From an uncultured Planctomycetia bacterium (GTDB lineage Bacteria; Omnitrophota; Gorgyraeia; Duberdicusellales; Duberdicusellaceae), in NCBI GenBank assembly GCA_964634935.1, contig CAZWJT010000004.1, positions 30,915 through 94,914 on the forward strand: 64,000 nucleotides of DNA, given 5' to 3'. The notes beneath the pieces are model-generated. The model was not told the origin of the DNA. It was given only the letters and a program-made list of their open reading frames with translations, and did no database searches. The position numbers were made by a program, and so were the translations under genes. Numbering within the stretch: the stretch's first letter is position 1; each line of letters starts with the position of its first letter. Positions 29,547 to 38,891 of this stretch are shown in pieces.

Positions 29547-30059
29547 ATGAATCTAAAGCAGTATATCCGCGATATCCCCGATTTTCCCAAAAAAGGAATC
29601 ATCTTTAAAGATATCACCACGCTCCTGAAAGATCCCCGAGCTTTCCAGGGGACCATGAACATGCTGTACAGAAAAGTAAAAGGAAAAAACATCGATGTCG
29701 TTGTCGCCGCAGAATCACGTGGGTTCATTTTTGGGGCCGCGCTTGCGTACAAACTCAAATGCGGTTTTGTTCCTGTCCGTAAGCCAGGAAAACTCCCCGC
29801 AAAAAGATACGCTGCGTCATACAGCTTAGAATACGGCACCGATACCCTGGAAATCCACCAAGATGCATTCCCTAAAAAAAGTAACGTACTGATTATCGAC
29901 GACTTACTCGCAACCGGAGGAACCTGCAGCGCTATCGCACAGCTTGTCAAAAAAATGGGCGGAAAAATCGTGTCTATTCTCTTTCTCATTGAGCTCTCGT
30001 TCTTACATGGACGGAAGCGCTTAAAAAATCTCCCTGTAGATTCAATTATCCAATATTAA
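29547..30059 (+). CDS. apt: Adenine phosphoribosyltransferase
   Basis: 170 aa with the conserved N-terminus (IRDIPDFPKKGIIFKDITTLL) and a PRPP-binding motif (VLIIDDLLATGGT). Confidence 0.9.
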   Translation: MNLKQYIRDIPDFPKKGIIFKDITTLLKDPRAFQGTMNMLYRKVKGKNIDVVVAAESRGFIFGAALAYKLKCGFVPVRKPGKLPAKRYAASYSLEYGTDTLEIHQDAFPKKSNVLIIDDLLATGGTCSAIAQLVKKMGGKIVSILFLIELSFLHGRKRLKNLPVDSIIQY

Positions 30060-30065
30060 TTTGCC

Positions 30066-30138
30066 GCGCCCATAGCTCAAAAGGATAGAGCGCAGGCCTC
30101 CTAAGCCTGACATCGCCGTTCGATTCGGCGTGGGCGCA
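30066..30138 (+). tRNA. tRNA-Arg (anticodon CCT)
   Basis: A manually folded cloverleaf. The acceptor GCGCCCA pairs with TGGGCGC, the D-arm is GCTC/GAGC, the anticodon stem is CAGGC/GCCTG with loop CTCCTAA (U33, CCT, A37), and the T-arm is CGCCG-TTCGATT-CGGCG. The discriminator is A, and no CCA is encoded. Confidence 0.85.
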
Positions 30139-30171
30139 GATATGACTGCTCTTCTAGAACACAAATTCTGC

Positions 30172-30199
30172 TTGCTAATTCAACAGGTACGATTATAAT
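30172..30199 (+). promoter_or_regulatory. Near-consensus promoter TTGCTA-16-TATAAT driving the glycosylation locus (leaderless/short-leader start at 30212)
   Basis: Seen in the sequence between the tRNA and the first GT2. There are only ~12 nt from the -10 to the ATG and no SD. Confidence 0.45.
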
Positions 30200-30211
30200 A
30201 AAAACAATTCA

Positions 30212-31189
30212 ATGAGCGAACCAGTCCTTTCTGTTATAGTTCCAATCTACAACGAAGAAGAAGTGCTTCCTCACTTATACACACAAACAAAAACAGTCCT
30301 TGAACGGCTTGCTGTTCCATATGAAATCATTTTTATTGACGACGGAAGTAAAGACGCATCGCTCTCCCTGCTGAAAAAGTTCTCTCAGGAAAATCAGGCA
30401 GTAAAAATCATTTCTTTTTCAAGGAATTTCGGTCATCAGACAGCGCTTACGGCTGGTTTACAGTTTACTTCAGGAAAAGCCGTTGCGATTCTCGATGGAG
30501 ATCTCCAAGACCCTCCAGAGGTAATCGAGAAATTTTTTGAACAATGGAAGAACGGCTACGAAGTAGTATACGGAATACGGTTGAACAGAAAAGAGAATCC
30601 CCTGAAACGCATTCTCTATAAACTCTATTACCGCCTCTTGCGAATCCTTTCAAAAACGGTCATTCCTCTTGATAGCGGAGACTGCTGTTTAATGGACCGG
30701 ACTATTGTGGCTCTCTTGAACAAAATGCCTGAACGAAACCGCTTTATCCGTGGGCTGCGGAGCTGGGTTGGATTCCGTCAGATTGGCATTCCCTATGATC
30801 GCGATAGGAGATTTGCCGGAAAACCAAAATATACATTATTAAAATTAGTCAGGCTTGGGCTAGACGGAATAATTTCTTTTTCCGAAATCCCCTTGAAAGG
30901 ATCAATTATCATCGGCTTTTCCATCTCCACGCTGAGCGTTTTCTATTCCCTCTATATCATTCTCAATCGTCTCTTTCACGCCACCGATCGCCTCCCCGGA
31001 TGGTCAACCATCGTTGTAGCGATCACATTTCTCGGAGGTATCCAGCTTATGGTGATGGGCTTTCTCGGAGAATATGTGCTCAGAATTTATGATGAAATCA
31101 AAGGAAGGCCTCAGTATATTATCGATTCGCTTATCGGATTCAACGCCCACGCTCATGCCGAAGATATCAGTAATCATTCCCGCCCATAA
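30212..31189 (+). CDS. GT2 polyprenyl-phosphate glycosyltransferase (GtrB/CsbB/ArnC-like) with C-terminal TM anchor
   Basis: The LSVIVPIYNEEE...IIFIDDGSKD...DGDLQDPPE motifs of DPM1-like GT2 are present, with two C-terminal TM helices. Confidence 0.85.
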   Translation: MSEPVLSVIVPIYNEEEVLPHLYTQTKTVLERLAVPYEIIFIDDGSKDASLSLLKKFSQENQAVKIISFSRNFGHQTALTAGLQFTSGKAVAILDGDLQDPPEVIEKFFEQWKNGYEVVYGIRLNRKENPLKRILYKLYYRLLRILSKTVIPLDSGDCCLMDRTIVALLNKMPERNRFIRGLRSWVGFRQIGIPYDRDRRFAGKPKYTLLKLVRLGLDGIISFSEIPLKGSIIIGFSISTLSVFYSLYIILNRLFHATDRLPGWSTIVVAITFLGGIQLMVMGFLGEYVLRIYDEIKGRPQYIIDSLIGFNAHAHAEDISNHSRP

Positions 31190-32105
31190 TGCCGAACGAT
31201 ATATCCACGATTGCCTCAAATCACTCCAGAGTCAAACATTTAAAGATTTTGAGATTATCGTTATAAACGACGGATCAAATGACACAACGGCAGCCTGTGC
31301 TGCCCCGTATGCGCGCGTTATTACCACTCCGCATCGGGGAATCGGAGCCGCCCGAAACACCGGAGCACAGCATGCCCAGGGGGATATTCTTGTCTTTACC
31401 GATTCGGATGTGGTTGTGCCTTCTCGATGGCTTGAAAGAATCGAACAGACGATGCGTACACGGCAGATTGAATGTTGCGGAGGAGGATACTGTGGGAGCA
31501 TCGGAAACTCCTTTCTTGAACTCTTTGCCTATTATGAATTGGCATATCGCCGGAAAAAAATTCCGGATTTCGTCCATACGCTTGTCGCGAACAACTTTGC
31601 TTGTTCAAAAACAGTATTCTTTGCTTCTGGGGGTTTTCCGGAGAAATACACCTGCGAAGACATGCGGCTTTCTTTCCGAATCAGTCGAACCAATAAAATT
31701 TTCTGGGATAAAGAAAATTGCGTCTTCCATCACTTTAAAACAGATTTCAAGGCATACCTACGGCAACAATTCCGATTTGCAAGAGATACGGTCATCGCAT
31801 ATATCCAAGACCCTGCGATGTTCTTGGTCCAAACCCATCAAGGGAGAGGAATCTACTCTGAAGTGTGTTGCTGTTTCGGAATAGGAGCAACACTTTTTCT
31901 TAAACCCCTTTGGTCGCTGTATTTTCTTCTCTTGATTGTACTAATAAACAGCTCGTTTCTCCGCTTCCTTGCCGGACAACATATGCCCCTCAGGAAAAGT
32001 ATTTTGATTATCCTTGCCCGTGACGGCTCTGCTACGTGCGGAGTCCTTATGGGAATTCCTCTGGCCTTGTGGGAACTCGGGAGAAATCTATTGAAAAAGA
32101 AATGA
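31155..32105 (+). CDS. GT2 family glycosyltransferase fused to C-terminal polytopic membrane domain
   Basis: KISVIIPAHNAERYI...EIIVINDGSNDTT...DSD (DxD). The C-terminal ~100 aa are hydrophobic. The start was chosen at the internal Met, overlapping the upstream gene by 35 nt. Confidence 0.75.
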   Translation: MPKISVIIPAHNAERYIHDCLKSLQSQTFKDFEIIVINDGSNDTTAACAAPYARVITTPHRGIGAARNTGAQHAQGDILVFTDSDVVVPSRWLERIEQTMRTRQIECCGGGYCGSIGNSFLELFAYYELAYRRKKIPDFVHTLVANNFACSKTVFFASGGFPEKYTCEDMRLSFRISRTNKIFWDKENCVFHHFKTDFKAYLRQQFRFARDTVIAYIQDPAMFLVQTHQGRGIYSEVCCCFGIGATLFLKPLWSLYFLLLIVLINSSFLRFLAGQHMPLRKSILIILARDGSATCGVLMGIPLALWELGRNLLKKK

Positions 32106-32165
32106 AAAAAGGATATTATTGCCAATGATCCCATTATCACGTCGTCAAAAAAACGAAAGCGAACA

Positions 32166-33161
32166 ATGATCTTCGTCACAGGAGCAAATGGTCATATTGG
32201 AAGCCATATCGTAAAAAACCTTTTAGAGCATGGCTATCAGGTACGCGCATTCTGCCGTCCCGGATCACAAAGGAAAGCGCTTGAAACGATTTTACAGAAT
32301 ATCGAGATTGCCGAGGGGGATATCCTCAATCCTGTAAGTGTTGAACACGCCATGCGCGGGTGCGAAGGGGTAATCCATACCGCAACTCTCTTTTCCGTAA
32401 ATCCGTCACTCACCGAAGTAATCCTCAAAACAGCGGTTGAAGGATCTTTACATGTTGCGAAGGCGGCTTCTTTGCTCGGGGTGAAAAAATTTGTCTACAC
32501 CAGCTCCACAGCAGCGGTGGGCTCTTCTCTAAATCCTGAGGTTTTACTCGATGAAAACTCTTGGAACACACAACCTGGAAATGTCTATACTCGAGCAAAA
32601 ATAGAGGCGGAGCAAAAGCTTGTATCCTTTGCGAAGGAAAGCGGCCTGCCACTCATACGGGTGTGTCCGTCAACCGTTGTTGGACCCGGTGATTTTCGCC
32701 TCACGCCTTCAAATGCTCTCCTTAAAAAATTCATTGCACCATTTACCTTTTTCTATTTCCTCGGAGGAACGAATCTTGTGTTTGTTCGAGACATCGCTGA
32801 AGGCCACCGATTAGCCTACGAAAAAGGCAAAAGCCTTGAACGCTACATACTCTCAGGTACGAATACGACCTTCAACAATCTGACCCAACGCATTGACGCT
32901 TATCTCGGCAAGAAGAATATGCGCATATGCATGCCCTCAGCAATTCTTCTTGGAGGAGGACGAATCTGCGACTTCTTAGGCTCTATCACCGGCGCTTCTA
33001 TGCCGGCAAGTTATAAAGCCTTGAAAACACATCTTGGGTATTACTATTATTTCTCAAACTGCAAGGCGCATGAACAACTTGGGTTTACCCCTTCTACCCT
33101 AGAGCAGTTTTTACCGGAAACATTGGCCTGGATTATGAAAACTACTGCAAAGCGGCGATGA
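32166..33161 (+). CDS. NAD(P)-dependent epimerase/dehydratase (extended SDR, HpnA/DFR-like)
   Basis: A GANGHIGSHIV Rossmann motif and a YTRAK catalytic YxxxK. Confidence 0.85.
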   Translation: MIFVTGANGHIGSHIVKNLLEHGYQVRAFCRPGSQRKALETILQNIEIAEGDILNPVSVEHAMRGCEGVIHTATLFSVNPSLTEVILKTAVEGSLHVAKAASLLGVKKFVYTSSTAAVGSSLNPEVLLDENSWNTQPGNVYTRAKIEAEQKLVSFAKESGLPLIRVCPSTVVGPGDFRLTPSNALLKKFIAPFTFFYFLGGTNLVFVRDIAEGHRLAYEKGKSLERYILSGTNTTFNNLTQRIDAYLGKKNMRICMPSAILLGGGRICDFLGSITGASMPASYKALKTHLGYYYYFSNCKAHEQLGFTPSTLEQFLPETLAWIMKTTAKRR

Positions 33162-34681
33162 AAATACTGATCGTTAATCCGCCATTCTATCGACTCCAAC
33201 GCAGTTCGCTTGTGCATTACCCTCCTGGATGTTGCTACATGGCTGCAGTTCTTGAAAAAGCCGGATTCGCCTCTCATATCTATAATGCAGATTACGATCC
33301 AAGAAAAAATACAATCCTTGGAAACACCAACCATATTAACGTACGAGCGCTCACTGAACTTTCAGACGAATACGAACAGCGGCTGGCGAATGACGCAGAT
33401 CCAATCTGGCAAGAGGTGACTGCATACCTAAAATCTACAAATCCGGATGTTTTGATCATCAGTATTTTCAACACAACACTTACGGCTGGAATTAAAATCG
33501 CCCAGAAAGCAAAAATAATCAATTCATCAGTAAAAATTGTTTTTGAGGCAAGCACAAACCGCGGCCTCCACTGCGCGCTTGATCCTGCAGTGAGCGTCGA
33601 TCCAAAAAATATGGACTTTGCCCTGCGAAAAGAGCCAGAAGAAACCATAGTTGAACTTGTCCGCGCTCTTACTGAAAATGCCACTGATTTTTCTTCAATC
33701 CAGGGACTGAGTTGGAAAAATAACCAAGGAATACTCATCCATAATCCAGATAGACCGCCACTACAGAATCTGGATCTCCTCCCATTTCCCGCACGCCACC
33801 TACTTGATGGACATGAAAAAATGCCTCCCCACACATTCCAAGGTATTTATGGCTCTCGGGGATGTCCCTTTGATTGTATTTTTTGCGGTTGCCATACAAG
33901 CTGGGGTTATATGCCTCGATTGCGTTCAGCAAAAAACATGGTCGATGAGATTGCATTCGTACACAAGCGCTTCAGAACTACTTATTTTTATATTTGCGAT
34001 GACATTTTTTTTATTCAAAAAGATAGGGCAAGGGAATTCTGCGAGCTGATACTTGAGAAAAAACTTCCCGTTTATTGGTCGGCACAGACCAGAGCAGAGA
34101 TGGCTGATGAAAAAACCCTGCGGCTCATGAAACAAGCAGGAGGACAGCACATTGCCGTCGGAGTAGAAGTAGGCAACCCCCATGTCCGCGAACTTATCCG
34201 CAAAGGCAACACCGTTGACGATGTGCGTCGATGTGCTCGTCTCATCAAAAAAACCGGGCTACACATGGTTGCTTTTTGCATGATTGGACTACCTTGGGAA
34301 GGAGAAGAAGAAATACAAGATACAGTGCGCCTGATTAAAGAAATTGACCCGTATATCGTTTATCCTTACATGCCTACCCCGGCAAGCGGAACCGAATTAG
34401 CAAAAATCCTTACCGAAAAAAACCCCATAGGGTTCGCCCAATATCGCGATCGTTGTCACATCAACACCTCTGCAACGCTTGCCGAACGGCTCAGCCCGGA
34501 ACTCAAGAAAAAAGTAATCGAGAAAGCTCTTATGGAGTTTGTTAAAATCAACAGGAAAAATTTACTTTTTGATCTGATGCGGCGGCCACAATTCTATATC
34601 GCCCTGGCGCATGATATGCGTTTTTTCACACATCCAAAGTTTCTTTTCTATTATTTCCGCGACTATTGCAAACCGTCTTAA
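33158..34681 (+). CDS. B12-binding domain radical SAM protein (class B)
   Basis: 507 aa with an N-terminal B12-binding-like domain and a GSRGCPFDCIFCG CX3CX2C motif. A 4-nt overlap with the upstream epimerase. Confidence 0.85.
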   Translation: MKILIVNPPFYRLQRSSLVHYPPGCCYMAAVLEKAGFASHIYNADYDPRKNTILGNTNHINVRALTELSDEYEQRLANDADPIWQEVTAYLKSTNPDVLIISIFNTTLTAGIKIAQKAKIINSSVKIVFEASTNRGLHCALDPAVSVDPKNMDFALRKEPEETIVELVRALTENATDFSSIQGLSWKNNQGILIHNPDRPPLQNLDLLPFPARHLLDGHEKMPPHTFQGIYGSRGCPFDCIFCGCHTSWGYMPRLRSAKNMVDEIAFVHKRFRTTYFYICDDIFFIQKDRAREFCELILEKKLPVYWSAQTRAEMADEKTLRLMKQAGGQHIAVGVEVGNPHVRELIRKGNTVDDVRRCARLIKKTGLHMVAFCMIGLPWEGEEEIQDTVRLIKEIDPYIVYPYMPTPASGTELAKILTEKNPIGFAQYRDRCHINTSATLAERLSPELKKKVIEKALMEFVKINRKNLLFDLMRRPQFYIALAHDMRFFTHPKFLFYYFRDYCKPS

Positions 34682-34685
34682 AGGT

Positions 34686-35720
34686 ATGAGCCTAGTACAG
34701 AAAGCTTCATTTCTCGCATCTCTTTGCTTTGCCCGCGCTCTGCACCGGAGAATTCCTTTAACTGTTATTTTTAATATTACGGATCACTGTAATGCCAATT
34801 GCGGTTATTGTTACGCGCGCTATTTTCAAAGAAATCTCCCGGAACTCGGAATTCAAGAGATAAATACAATCCTCTCTGAATTGAGAACGATGGGATGCAA
34901 ACGGATAAGCCTTGGAGGAGGAGAGCCGCTTCTGCGCAAAGACCTTGCCAGAATTATTGAAGCAATAAAGAAAAATGGGATGGAATGCATTATAAATTCA
35001 AACGGAATACTTGTCCCAGAGAAAATAGAGATATTGCGCCGGGTAAACGCGCTCTGCATCAGCCTTGACGGCCCAGAAAATGTACATGATACATACCGCG
35101 GGAAAGGAAGCTTTCAAAAAGTACTCCTTGCGATTGAAACTGCTTCCGCGCATAGAATACCCCTTCATACCAACACTGTCCTCCACCATAACAATATCAA
35201 CTCGATCGACTTTATCCTTACACTCGCAAAAAAATATGGTTTTTTTGCTGAATTTAATATCGCGATAGCACCACTTTCTGAAACGAACAAGGCTGCTCCC
35301 TACAAAGCCTCTGAAGAAGAAATCCGCACAACAATGCGAAAACTCATTCAATACAAAAAAGCAGGTCACAACATTCTTTTTTCCAAAAAAGCATTTGAAC
35401 TCGCCTTAGCTTGGCCAGACTATGGCAAAGAATCGCTGCCTAGCATACCAAACACTCAATATCCGGCATGCGCCGCGGGAAGTTATTTTTGTTTCATTGA
35501 TACTGATGGAGGAGTATACGCGTGCCCGCATTTAATCGGAAAAGTTCAACCGCTTAAAGCACAAGATGGATTTCGACAGGCCTTCGAAAAACTAGCGCGG
35601 CCTTCGTGCTCAGCTTGTTATCAAGTATACCACAACGAGTTTAATCTACTCTTTAATCTTGATATTGAAGTAATCGCTAATTACGGGCTTAATACAATCT
35701 TGCGGTTGTTTCGAAAATAA
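34686..35720 (+). CDS. Radical SAM/SPASM-domain protein, paralog 1 (subfamily A)
   Basis: CNANCGYC (CX3CX2C) near the N-terminus, the GGGEPLLRKD motif, and a C-terminal Cys cluster (CAAGSYFCFIDTDGGVYACPHL...CSACYQ) of SPASM/twitch type. Confidence 0.85.
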   Translation: MSLVQKASFLASLCFARALHRRIPLTVIFNITDHCNANCGYCYARYFQRNLPELGIQEINTILSELRTMGCKRISLGGGEPLLRKDLARIIEAIKKNGMECIINSNGILVPEKIEILRRVNALCISLDGPENVHDTYRGKGSFQKVLLAIETASAHRIPLHTNTVLHHNNINSIDFILTLAKKYGFFAEFNIAIAPLSETNKAAPYKASEEEIRTTMRKLIQYKKAGHNILFSKKAFELALAWPDYGKESLPSIPNTQYPACAAGSYFCFIDTDGGVYACPHLIGKVQPLKAQDGFRQAFEKLARPSCSACYQVYHNEFNLLFNLDIEVIANYGLNTILRLFRK

Positions 35721-35725
35721 ATAGC

Positions 35726-36754
35726 ATGAGCATCCAGAACCGTTTCGCATTCATGGCGCGTTTGATCAAAGACCGGATTTCCGGAAAGGCAACACCGCTC
35801 GTTGTGGTGCTCAATACTACATTTCGCTGTAATTTACGTTGCGGGTATTGTTATGGTCAATACTTCCAAAGAACTGACGAAGATTTTACCACCGTTGAAC
35901 TTCTGGGACTGATCGACGACCTGAGTAAATTAGGAACTCGTTCGATCACCTTGGGGGGTGGTGAGCCTCTTCTGCGCCAAGATATTGGCCAAATTATCGA
36001 TAGGATAAAACAACACGGCATCGAATGCGGGATGAACACAAACGGCATACTGATTCCTCAACGGCTAGACATGTTGAGGAAAATTGATATGGTAACAATT
36101 TCAATTGATGGACCAAAGGAATTGAACGACCGCAACAGAGGAGACGGATCCTTCGAAAAAATCATGGCCGGCTTAGAAGCGGCCCTGGCTGCAGATATAA
36201 AAGTACACACAACTACAGTGCTTACAAAACATAACTACCAGGCAATCGATTGGATTGTTGACATGGCCAGGAGAAAAAAAATTCAGGCGGAATTTAATTT
36301 CTTGTTTCACCAGAATCGGGGAAAACATGAATCCGACACTTTCATGGCCGAGGAGACATCTCTCAGAAAAGCAGCTGAACGTATCGTCGAACTCAAGAAA
36401 AAAGGAGCGCCTATTCTATTTTCAAAGAAGATCTACCAATGGGTGGCGCGCTGGCCTGATTATAAAAAGAGGATCATCCAACAAAAATCCAGATTGAAAA
36501 CCAGACTGTGCAATGCGGGAAGATTTATGATGTTCATTGATGCTGACGGAAAAGTCTATCCGTGCGTCCAGCTGATTGACGTATTTCCTGCCTTAGAATT
36601 TCGTTCCGCTGGAATCGAGAAAGCATGGCGTCACACCCATATCCATAATTGCTATGCTTGTTATTTTCCATGTTTTAATGAATTCAATGCGGTTTTTAAC
36701 CTAGATCCGGAAATCCTCTTAGAACAAATAATGAGTACCTTACAAAATCATTGA
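35726..36754 (+). CDS. Radical SAM/SPASM-domain protein, paralog 2 (subfamily A)
   Basis: CNLRCGYC, GGGEPLLRQD, and a C-terminal CNAGRF...DADGKVYPC...CYACYFPC. It is clearly paralogous to 34686-35720. Confidence 0.85.
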   Translation: MSIQNRFAFMARLIKDRISGKATPLVVVLNTTFRCNLRCGYCYGQYFQRTDEDFTTVELLGLIDDLSKLGTRSITLGGGEPLLRQDIGQIIDRIKQHGIECGMNTNGILIPQRLDMLRKIDMVTISIDGPKELNDRNRGDGSFEKIMAGLEAALAADIKVHTTTVLTKHNYQAIDWIVDMARRKKIQAEFNFLFHQNRGKHESDTFMAEETSLRKAAERIVELKKKGAPILFSKKIYQWVARWPDYKKRIIQQKSRLKTRLCNAGRFMMFIDADGKVYPCVQLIDVFPALEFRSAGIEKAWRHTHIHNCYACYFPCFNEFNAVFNLDPEILLEQIMSTLQNH

Positions 36755-37807
36755 ATGGGAAGCCTATTTGAAAAAAATCGATTCTTCTTAGCCTTGCTGA
36801 AAGGGCGCGTCTTAAAACAATCAATCCCTCTCCTGGTATTTTTTACTATCACTCATCGCTGTAACGGATCATGCCCATATTGTTTCGGGGCATATGAAAA
36901 TCCGGGAGGAAAAAATGCTGGTTTTGAGCTGAATACCGAACAAATTTTTTGCCTTATTGATCAGATGGCGGCGGCTGGAACGCAGCGCATTGGAATCAGC
37001 GGAGGAGAACCGCTTTTGCGCGACGATATCGGGAAAATAATCGATTATGCGGCTCAAAAAAAGATTCACTGCGGCCTCAACACCAACGGGTATCTCATAC
37101 CTCAGAAAATATCCGAACTTGCTAAACTAAGCAATATCACGATCAGCCTCGATGGCGACATGTTTGAACATGAACAAAATCGAGGAAAAGGCACGTATGA
37201 AAAAACAATTCTCGCGATTGAGCGGGTAAAACGCCAGAAAATTCCCCTCCATGTAAGCATGGTACTTACTCGGCACAATATGAACAGTATCCCTTTTATT
37301 CTGGAGCGTGCAAGAAAAACCGGATTCCTGGTACAAATTAGCCCGCTCTATCCTTGCGTACTCCCCGAAAAGAACAATAATTCTCTACAGCTAAGCGATG
37401 AACAACTTCGCCGAATACTCCAGCAAATTATAACTTATAAGCGCAAGGGATACCCTGTTTTTTACTCACAGACGACATACTCTCGGATTCTTTCTTGGCC
37501 TGATCTCCAGAAAGACCGCTACCTTGGAGAAAAACCGAGGTTTCCCCATGCTCCGTGCGTCATGGGAAAATACGCCTGCCTTTTAGATGCAAACGGCGAT
37601 GTCTACCCATGCGCTCAAATTCAAGGCTTAACCCCAAAAAATGCCTTAAGTATAGGGTTTAAACGAGCTTTCCAGCACATCAATAAACATCTTTGTCGCG
37701 CCTGCTCGTGGGCTTGTTACAATGAGTTGAATCTCTTGGCGCAGTTAAATCCCGAAGTAGTCATGAACACGATTAGCAATATTTTGTTTGACAAAAATCA
37801 TGCCTGA
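36755..37807 (+). CDS. Radical SAM/SPASM-domain protein, paralog 3 (subfamily A)
   Basis: CNGSCPYC, SGGEPLLRDD, and a C-terminal CVMGKYACLLDANGDVYPC...CRACSWAC. Confidence 0.85.
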   Translation: MGSLFEKNRFFLALLKGRVLKQSIPLLVFFTITHRCNGSCPYCFGAYENPGGKNAGFELNTEQIFCLIDQMAAAGTQRIGISGGEPLLRDDIGKIIDYAAQKKIHCGLNTNGYLIPQKISELAKLSNITISLDGDMFEHEQNRGKGTYEKTILAIERVKRQKIPLHVSMVLTRHNMNSIPFILERARKTGFLVQISPLYPCVLPEKNNNSLQLSDEQLRRILQQIITYKRKGYPVFYSQTTYSRILSWPDLQKDRYLGEKPRFPHAPCVMGKYACLLDANGDVYPCAQIQGLTPKNALSIGFKRAFQHINKHLCRACSWACYNELNLLAQLNPEVVMNTISNILFDKNHA

Positions 37808-38891
37808 AATCCTTTGTAGCTCTTGTAAGCAGAAAAAACTATCGGTAATCACTTCGTGCGCACAGCGCCGATGCTCCTTTCATCCACGGGGAAAAACTTT
37901 CTCCATGGAAAAACTCGCTCCTGACCGGTTATGTCTCGAAGCTTTTTTCCGGCTGTATCCATACTGCTTCGCGGCACTCTACCAAAAAGAATTTACGCCA
38001 TATCGAGTGCACTGCCCAAAAGTAGAAAATGGGGTAACGTTTCAGGTTTTCCGCAAGCCACAAAGATTCACGCGAAGGCTTATGAATTATATAAAAACTA
38101 TCATAGCAAAATTGTATCCACTTGATATTATTCGCTACCGCATTTTCATTGAAGTCCTCTCACAACAACACGATTGCCTTGAAAACCATGCGCCTGGGCA
38201 ACAATTTGAGCTGAACTTGAACCAGAAAACTACGGAAGCTTGCCCTGCTGCATTTCACAATGTCTTCCCGAGTTTTTTCGCCGGAACCTGCACGGAAAAC
38301 ACCTTGCAGCCCATAACCAGTGCGTGCCCGGACCACTGTTATGATATACAACTTACGCTCAATCCGAAAATAAATAAAAATCTGCTTCCGTCCGGTTCTC
38401 TGGAGTGTGCGGCTTATGAACATTTCACACTTGCCATACCATTCCCGGAAGAATCACACCAGAAATTTCCGCACACAAAACTTCAAACGATTTCTGAACT
38501 TCTGGGAGAAATAAGATGCCTAGGGGCATTTTGGGCTATTTTCCCATACTATCTAACCCTCTTAGAAGACGGAGAAATGACAGGATTCTATAGTAAACAT
38601 AGACATTCCGCATATGTTCAATGTCCAAGCATCGAACATAAGGTTGAAATGCTCATTGAAAAAAAAGAAGGAATTTACGTTTTACGAATCGGAAAAACAA
38701 AAAACCCGTGTCCAAAAGGACTCGTTCCCGGAATGGAAATCGCCTTAAGCGATGAAAAAAATAAATTAGTTCTACAAACCCTGCATTCAATTGTGCCGTA
38801 CGCGCTAGCGCTATCAAATCTATCGCTGTCCAACATAAACATTTACTCGCCAGACCCAAAAAAACAGTTTATAATAGAAATCAAAAAATAA
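37788..38891 (+). CDS. Cys-rich hypothetical protein (about 16 Cys; N-terminal zinc-ribbon-like CxxC-x10-Cx4C), embedded in the radical SAM array
   Basis: A 367-aa ORF translationally coupled on both sides (a 20-nt overlap upstream and TAATG downstream). No recognisable enzymatic motifs. Confidence 0.55.
   Translation: MTKIMPEILCSSCKQKKLSVITSCAQRRCSFHPRGKTFSMEKLAPDRLCLEAFFRLYPYCFAALYQKEFTPYRVHCPKVENGVTFQVFRKPQRFTRRLMNYIKTIIAKLYPLDIIRYRIFIEVLSQQHDCLENHAPGQQFELNLNQKTTEACPAAFHNVFPSFFAGTCTENTLQPITSACPDHCYDIQLTLNPKINKNLLPSGSLECAAYEHFTLAIPFPEESHQKFPHTKLQTISELLGEIRCLGAFWAIFPYYLTLLEDGEMTGFYSKHRHSAYVQCPSIEHKVEMLIEKKEGIYVLRIGKTKNPCPKGLVPGMEIALSDEKNKLVLQTLHSIVPYALALSNLSLSNINIYSPDPKKQFIIEIKK

Noticed and set aside
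31279-31884. A 201-aa alternative-frame ORF and several minus-strand ORFs overlapping the GT2 genes at 31-32 kb
   Set aside because: They lie entirely within or antisense to well-supported GT2 coding sequence, with no independent signals.
37788-38891. Interpreting the Cys-rich ORF as a RiPP precursor peptide
   Set aside because: At 367 aa it is far longer than known RiPP precursors and has no obvious leader/core organisation. It is kept only as a candidate protein substrate or accessory protein.
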